A stretch of DNA of 64,000 nucleotides from Spirochaetia bacterium (lineage in GTDB: Bacteria; Spirochaetota; Spirochaetia; CAKZLE01), in contig OY782041.1 in NCBI GenBank assembly GCA_963677595.1, forward strand, positions 960,001 through 1,024,000, in the 5' to 3' direction. Below the pieces are notes generated by a model, which had not been told where the DNA came from, searched no databases, and saw only the letters and a list, made by a program, of their open reading frames with translations. The translations under genes and the position numbers were made by a program. Shown piece by piece: positions 59,522-64,000 of the stretch (positions within the stretch are counted from its first letter, which is position 1; the number at the start of each line of letters is the position of its first letter).

Positions 59522-60490
59522 CTACCCCAATAGTATCGGGAGATCCCGTATCTCGGGATCGGTGATACGGCTGTTGATGATCGGCCCATGGTCCAGGATG
59601 AAATCACTGGGAATCTCTGACAGCCCTTCCTCGCGAAACTCCCTGATGATCAGGCTGGATAGCTTCTCTATCAGGTTGACATCGTCAATCCAGTTCTGGT
59701 GTTGTGATACTCCGGACCTGTCCGCACAGAGAGCCGTGATGATTGCATGACTCTCTGCACCGAGGACCTGTAGTTCCTTCACTCCCCTGTGGACCCATTT
59801 GTAGAAGGGCTTGTACTTGTGGTTCAGGAGATAGATGATCGAGGCGGCAGCCTCGATGAACCGTGCCTTGGCAAGGAATGCCGCAGTCTTCTCACCACGC
59901 CGCAGGGAACGGTCATAGTTGTACTGCCCAGTCTGCCCGGCAATGAAGCAGTACTGCGCCATCTTCTTCATCCGTACATCCTCAGGATAGCCCTGTTTCA
60001 GATAGGTCCGGTAGGCAGTGAACTCACCAGCAGGATCGGTGAATACCTCTCCATTCACTGCCGTGGCGAGCCGCTCCTCCGGGATCGGCAACCACTGTGC
60101 ATCAGGGATCGGTTGTATAGAGGTGCCGATGAGTCTCTCGTAAAACATTCCTGTCTCGAAGACTCCCAGCCGGAAATCCACACGCGGCCCACTAAGAAGG
60201 GTCCTGAATCCTTTGAACTCCCAGGGAAGCTGCTCGTAGAGCTCCTGCAGCTGCTGCCCAACTACAGGGAGATCCTCCTTGCTGAGCCAGATACAGAACC
60301 CCGGACCCCAGTCATGGTCCCGTGAGACCACGTCATCATAGCCAAAGCAGGCCGAACCCTCCCCGACAAGACCGACAGCGATGCGGTCGACATGCTCGGG
60401 GAACCCTTGACGGATCAATGGCTCAGCAACCTCTGTATAGAACAATCGGGAAAGTTCCATCCCATTCAAAGATCCTGAATCTGCACTCAT
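59522..60490 (-). CDS. DUF4037 domain protein (nucleotidyltransferase-like)
   Basis: GLVGEGS..FG.DD..SRDHD.GP, GQYNY.R, PFYKW; RBS-supported ATG at 60490. Confidence 0.88.
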   Translation of the reverse strand: MSADSGSLNGMELSRLFYTEVAEPLIRQGFPEHVDRIAVGLVGEGSACFGYDDVVSRDHDWGPGFCIWLSKEDLPVVGQQLQELYEQLPWEFKGFRTLLSGPRVDFRLGVFETGMFYERLIGTSIQPIPDAQWLPIPEERLATAVNGEVFTDPAGEFTAYRTYLKQGYPEDVRMKKMAQYCFIAGQTGQYNYDRSLRRGEKTAAFLAKARFIEAAASIIYLLNHKYKPFYKWVHRGVKELQVLGAESHAIITALCADRSGVSQHQNWIDDVNLIEKLSSLIIREFREEGLSEIPSDFILDHGPIINSRITDPEIRDLPILLG

Positions 60491-60633
60491 ATACCTCTCC
60501 AACAAACGGCAACGCCGGAACATCAATCCCACGTTAACCTGCATTTCCCCACTATACAGCAGGAGGGGCTGTATCACCAACCCCTCCTGACAGCTGCCCT
60601 GAGAACGAGCATGTTCGTCTCTTGACTCCTAGA

Positions 60634-60678
60634 CTATTCAATATTACTATATAGTAGTAGTAAGTGTTACAGAATAGT
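60634..60678 (+). promoter_or_regulatory. Putative PadR autoregulatory inverted repeat
   Basis: ACTATTC...GAATAGT around the promoter. Confidence 0.4.
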
Positions 60679-60690
60679 GAGGTAAGGCAA

Positions 60691-61017
60691 TTGGTACATT
60701 TGACAGAGATGCTCAAGGGGGTGCTGGAAGGCTGTGTACTGGAGATCATCAGCCGTAAAGAGACCTACGGCTACGAGATCACGCGACAGCTGAACGCACT
60801 CGGCTTCACCGAAGTGGTTGATGGGACGGTATACACGATCCTGGTTAGGCTTGAGAAGAACAGCCTGGTAAGCGTAACGAAGAGGCCATCCGAGATCGGC
60901 CCTCCCCGCAAGTTCTTCAGGCTCAATGATGCCGGGAGGAAGGAACTGCAGCGTTTCTGGGAGAGATGGGAATACCTCTCCGCAACGATTGAGGGTCTGA
61001 AGGAGTATGAATCATGA
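60691..61017 (+). CDS. PadR family transcriptional regulator
   Basis: EMLKG.LEGCVL, YGYEI, GTVY..L.RL, GPPRK; TTG start with GAGGT RBS. Confidence 0.93.
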   Translation: MVHLTEMLKGVLEGCVLEIISRKETYGYEITRQLNALGFTEVVDGTVYTILVRLEKNSLVSVTKRPSEIGPPRKFFRLNDAGRKELQRFWERWEYLSATIEGLKEYES

Positions 61018-61382
61018 ATTTCATGGAACGCATAACCGGCAGCGACATGACAGAAGCGTGGAACGGGTTCGAGGCACGGGTCAAGAAGCTTCCCCCTTCC
61101 TATAGGGAAGCCTGGGAAGAGATCAAGACCACCCTCTGGGGAAGTGTCTCTGACACCACGGGCCGCAGGCTGATTCCCATCTTCGGTGGCGTGCTGGAAC
61201 TGCTCGAGGAGTCTGCGGCAGAGGGTCAGGAGATACAGGGGGTGTTCGGGGACGATATCAAAGGATTCTGCACCGCCCTGATCGGTGGTACCGGAGCACA
61301 GACCTATCGTGACAGGTGGCGCAGGCAGCTCAATACTGCTGTAGCGAGAAAACTGGGACGAACACAGGAGTGGGATGAATGA
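61014..61382 (+). CDS. DUF1048 domain protein
   Basis: ITGSDMT, R...LP..Y, L.EE.AA.G, GDD..GFC. Confidence 0.85.
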   Translation: MNFMERITGSDMTEAWNGFEARVKKLPPSYREAWEEIKTTLWGSVSDTTGRRLIPIFGGVLELLEESAAEGQEIQGVFGDDIKGFCTALIGGTGAQTYRDRWRRQLNTAVARKLGRTQEWDE

Positions 61383-61708
61383 ACATCAGGGAGATCATGG
61401 AAAGGAAGAGAGCCTGGCAGGCCCACCAGAAACGGGTGAAGACTCTCCCGAAGGATTACCAGATAGTGTATGGGGAGATGCAGAAGTACCTGTTCAAGGT
61501 CGGTCCTGTCGACCAGGAAGAAGGAACAAACCTGCTGACGGGCATCGTTGACCTGTTCGAGGAGGGTGCAGCATCGGGAAAGTCCGTGCTGGAAGTCATA
61601 GGTAATGAACCTGCAGCCTTCTGTGATGACCTCTTAGGAGAAACGAAGACCTATGCAGATCTCTGTCAGGAAACAGTGGAGTCATCAGTCAAACAGGCAT
61701 TGAAGTAG
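61379..61708 (+). CDS. DUF1048 domain protein
   Basis: LPKDY..VY.E.QKYL, DLFEEGAA.GK.V..V.G...AFCD. Confidence 0.88.
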   Translation: MNIREIMERKRAWQAHQKRVKTLPKDYQIVYGEMQKYLFKVGPVDQEEGTNLLTGIVDLFEEGAASGKSVLEVIGNEPAAFCDDLLGETKTYADLCQETVESSVKQALK

Positions 61709-61764
61709 GGCACTCGACCCCCGGGTAGACAGCCGAGGGGATTGCTTAGTTCTCATAAGAATGA

Positions 61765-61797
61765 TCAAGGGCATCCCCTGCATGGAGATGCCCTTGA
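61765..61797. terminator. Hairpin between convergent operons
   Basis: TCAAGGGCATC-N11-GATGCCCTTGA. Confidence 0.65.
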
Positions 61798-61822
61798 ATG
61801 GTTCCGTATCTTATGCCATGGT

Positions 61823-62890
61823 CTACTTCAGTTCCTCATCGAAGGCGATAGCCACCTTCCCGCACTTACCTGATGCCATCAGGCTGAACGCCTCCGAGGC
61901 TTCAGAGAGCGGGAACCGGTGGGTGACGAGGTCCTCCGGATGGATCCCCCATCGCACGATCCGCTCCACGAGCTCTTCCATCTTCCAGATGCTCGTGACC
62001 CAGGAACCGTAGATCGTCTTCTGGTCATGGATGATGTCGGGACTCGGCTGGAAGGAGGAGGTACCGCCTTCCCCGATGAAGCAGATCTTCCCCCACTTCC
62101 TGGCAGCCTGGATACAGGTCAGCCGTGCCTTGTCGTTCGCAGAACAGTCTACCGTTCGTTCACAGCCCTTGCCGTCCGTGAGCGCCTTGATCTCTGCCAC
62201 GTTGTCAGGACCAGCCTGCAGCACATGGTCGGCAAGCCCGAGCTTCTTTGCCAGCTCGAGCCGTTCGGGGATCACGTCGATACCGATCGTCATGTTCGCA
62301 CCCATCGCCTTCGAGAGCATCAGGGCAGCAAGCCCTACCGGCCCGAGGCCGGTGACGAGCACGCGGTCGTTGCCGCTGATCCCGATCTTCTCCAGTCCTT
62401 CATAGACCGTACCGAACCCGCAGGCGATCTGCGCACCGTCGGTGTAGGTCAGGGACTCAGGAAGCTCGACGAGGTCCTTCTCCTCTGCCAGGATGTATTC
62501 GGCCATCCCGCCGTCACGCTGCCAGCCGTAGGCCCTTCTCCAGGTCTCGTTCGTGCAGCTGATCATGTAGCCGCGCCTGCAGTCATTGCAGACCCCGCAG
62601 CCTGAAATATGGTAGATCACGACCCGGTCGCCTTCCTTGAAGCGGCGGCATCCCGGACCGACCGAGACGATCTGCCCAGAAGGCTCATGCCCGCAGACCA
62701 CATCCTGGTACCCCTCAGGTCCTTTCCCGAGATGCTCATGGTAGATAGCCCTGATGTCACTCCCGCAGATGGTGGAAGACTTCGTCCTGACGAGAACCTC
62801 CCCGTGCCCGGGGACGGGAACGGGGACTTCCTTGAATACTACCGTGCTGTTTCCGGGGAGGAATGCCCCGGTCATCGTTTTCTCACTCAT
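61823..62890 (-). CDS. Zn-binding dehydrogenase (YphC-like)
   Basis: ICGSD, GHEP, C..C..C, ACGFGT, GLGPVG. Confidence 0.9.
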   Translation of the reverse strand: MSEKTMTGAFLPGNSTVVFKEVPVPVPGHGEVLVRTKSSTICGSDIRAIYHEHLGKGPEGYQDVVCGHEPSGQIVSVGPGCRRFKEGDRVVIYHISGCGVCNDCRRGYMISCTNETWRRAYGWQRDGGMAEYILAEEKDLVELPESLTYTDGAQIACGFGTVYEGLEKIGISGNDRVLVTGLGPVGLAALMLSKAMGANMTIGIDVIPERLELAKKLGLADHVLQAGPDNVAEIKALTDGKGCERTVDCSANDKARLTCIQAARKWGKICFIGEGGTSSFQPSPDIIHDQKTIYGSWVTSIWKMEELVERIVRWGIHPEDLVTHRFPLSEASEAFSLMASGKCGKVAIAFDEELK

Positions 62891-63837
62891 GATTCACTCC
62901 TTTTGTAACCTTTTTCTAACATCTCCACCTTCGGAAGAATATGTTCTCTGATATCGTTCTCTTCATTCCCTTCGAAATTACCATAGAGACCCCAGCGTTC
63001 CCGGTGGCTGATCGCCGCCCCCGGCCCCACGTTCACCAGCGGGCTCAAGGTCTCCATCTCGAGGAAGCCCGGCATGGTGAAGAACTCGGCGTTGCACCCC
63101 ATATCAGGATAGAGGGCATCCTCATCGTGGTCATGCAGCTTGATGAAGAGCCCATCATGCAGACGGTAGGCTGCCCAGCCGGGACGGGAGCGCAGACCGA
63201 TCTTCTGCTTTGACTCATAGCGGGAATCCTCCCGCAGCCTGATGTAGCGGTCGCCCCAGGTAAAACGGGGATCGTTCATCCGGGTGAAGTGCCAGAGTAC
63301 GAGCGGACGGGCTGGGTAGAGTGCCTCGGGATGTCCGATGAACTCCTCCTGGGGTATGATCGCCTCTCCCCCGGGGGCCATGACCGAGAGGGCCCAGACA
63401 GCATACTCCGCTGACCAGGCACCGGTATTGTAGATCCGGTGGGTCAGGTCGACCGTGGTCGAACCTGCCTCGAGCGTGATGTCTATCTCCTTACGAAGCA
63501 GATTCTGCTTCTCTTCGGCACAGGAGAGCCGCAGCGTCGTCCCATCCCAGGAATACTCGACCGGGTAATAGTCAGGGTAGTAGGTCCGGGGCTCCACCTC
63601 AGGGGCATGCCAGAGACGGTGGCCGCCGTAGCTCTGCCATTCGTCATGAGGCCTTTCTTTGATCTGATCCTCGAAGATGCGGAAGAGGTTCTCTCCTCCC
63701 GGTTTCCCGAAGAAGAGCACCCTCGGCCCGAACTCGACCGTGATGATCAGCTCGACCTTCCCGTTCGAGAGGGAGAGGCATCCGTCCACTCCTGCATAGG
63801 AGACATGTTTCATCTGTACCATAGATATTTTCTTCAT
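62887..63837 (-). CDS. Conserved hypothetical protein (DUF4380/aldose-epimerase-like beta-sandwich)
   Basis: GPRV, GGHRLW.APE, YPD.GC..E, E.E.LSP; start uncertain. Confidence 0.7.
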   Translation of the reverse strand: MKKISMVQMKHVSYAGVDGCLSLSNGKVELIITVEFGPRVLFFGKPGGENLFRIFEDQIKERPHDEWQSYGGHRLWHAPEVEPRTYYPDYYPVEYSWDGTTLRLSCAEEKQNLLRKEIDITLEAGSTTVDLTHRIYNTGAWSAEYAVWALSVMAPGGEAIIPQEEFIGHPEALYPARPLVLWHFTRMNDPRFTWGDRYIRLREDSRYESKQKIGLRSRPGWAAYRLHDGLFIKLHDHDEDALYPDMGCNAEFFTMPGFLEMETLSPLVNVGPGAAISHRERWGLYGNFEGNEENDIREHILPKVEMLEKGYKRSES

Positions 63838-64000
63838 CGTATACGTATGGTAACCGCTGCAGAAGCAGAAAGGAATAGCTAAAGCTGTCCTCTGCATGGA
63901 TATTCTTGATTTTTCTCCCAACTGCAGTACAATAAAGGGATGAAAAACCAGGATGCACCCTATTTCTCAGACCAGGTGATCAGGGCGAACCGGTTCTACC

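Noticed and set aside
60691-61708. PadR + two DUF1048 genes as a novel system
   Set aside because: A common, widely annotated cassette; nothing unusual seen here
1-64000. tRNA, rRNA, IS transposase, integrase, prophage or selenoprotein read-through
   Set aside because: None recognised on reading; genes end at expected lengths with no in-frame TGA at catalytic positions

Overview
Bacterial chromosomal window of roughly 55-60% GC. The gene repertoire (AxGxxE-type secreted binding proteins, LolA-like sorting proteins, Firmicutes-like catabolic clusters) suggests an anaerobic free-living spirochaete, Sphaerochaetaceae-like; this is inference. From left to right: (1) a defence-like cluster with an SbcD-like nuclease fragment, a UvrD-like helicase, and an SF2 helicase-nuclease whose MazG-like partner has been separated by a 1.6-kb cassette flanked by a 42-bp direct repeat; the cassette carries a membrane LuxR gene and an Asp-rich-motif protein ending in a ComX-like Trp tail; (2) two parallel envelope export modules (ABC/FtsX or MMPL + LolA-like + putative OM protein) and a two-component system; (3) two AAA/DUF4143 ATPases with operator palindromes and a DGC-hemerythrin; (4) a decayed toxin-antitoxin/Fic islet with repeat arrays; (5) a kinase-free split-transketolase/RpiB-like/tungsten-AOR catabolic operon; (6) a PTS-less ula (ascorbate) locus with a TTT transporter and a sulfatase; (7) tupABC behind a Moco/Wco riboswitch, DUF4037-DUF4125, PadR-DUF1048 and a Zn-dehydrogenase. 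No tRNA, rRNA, CRISPR array, integrase or transposase was seen. All family calls are by motif recognition, not database search.
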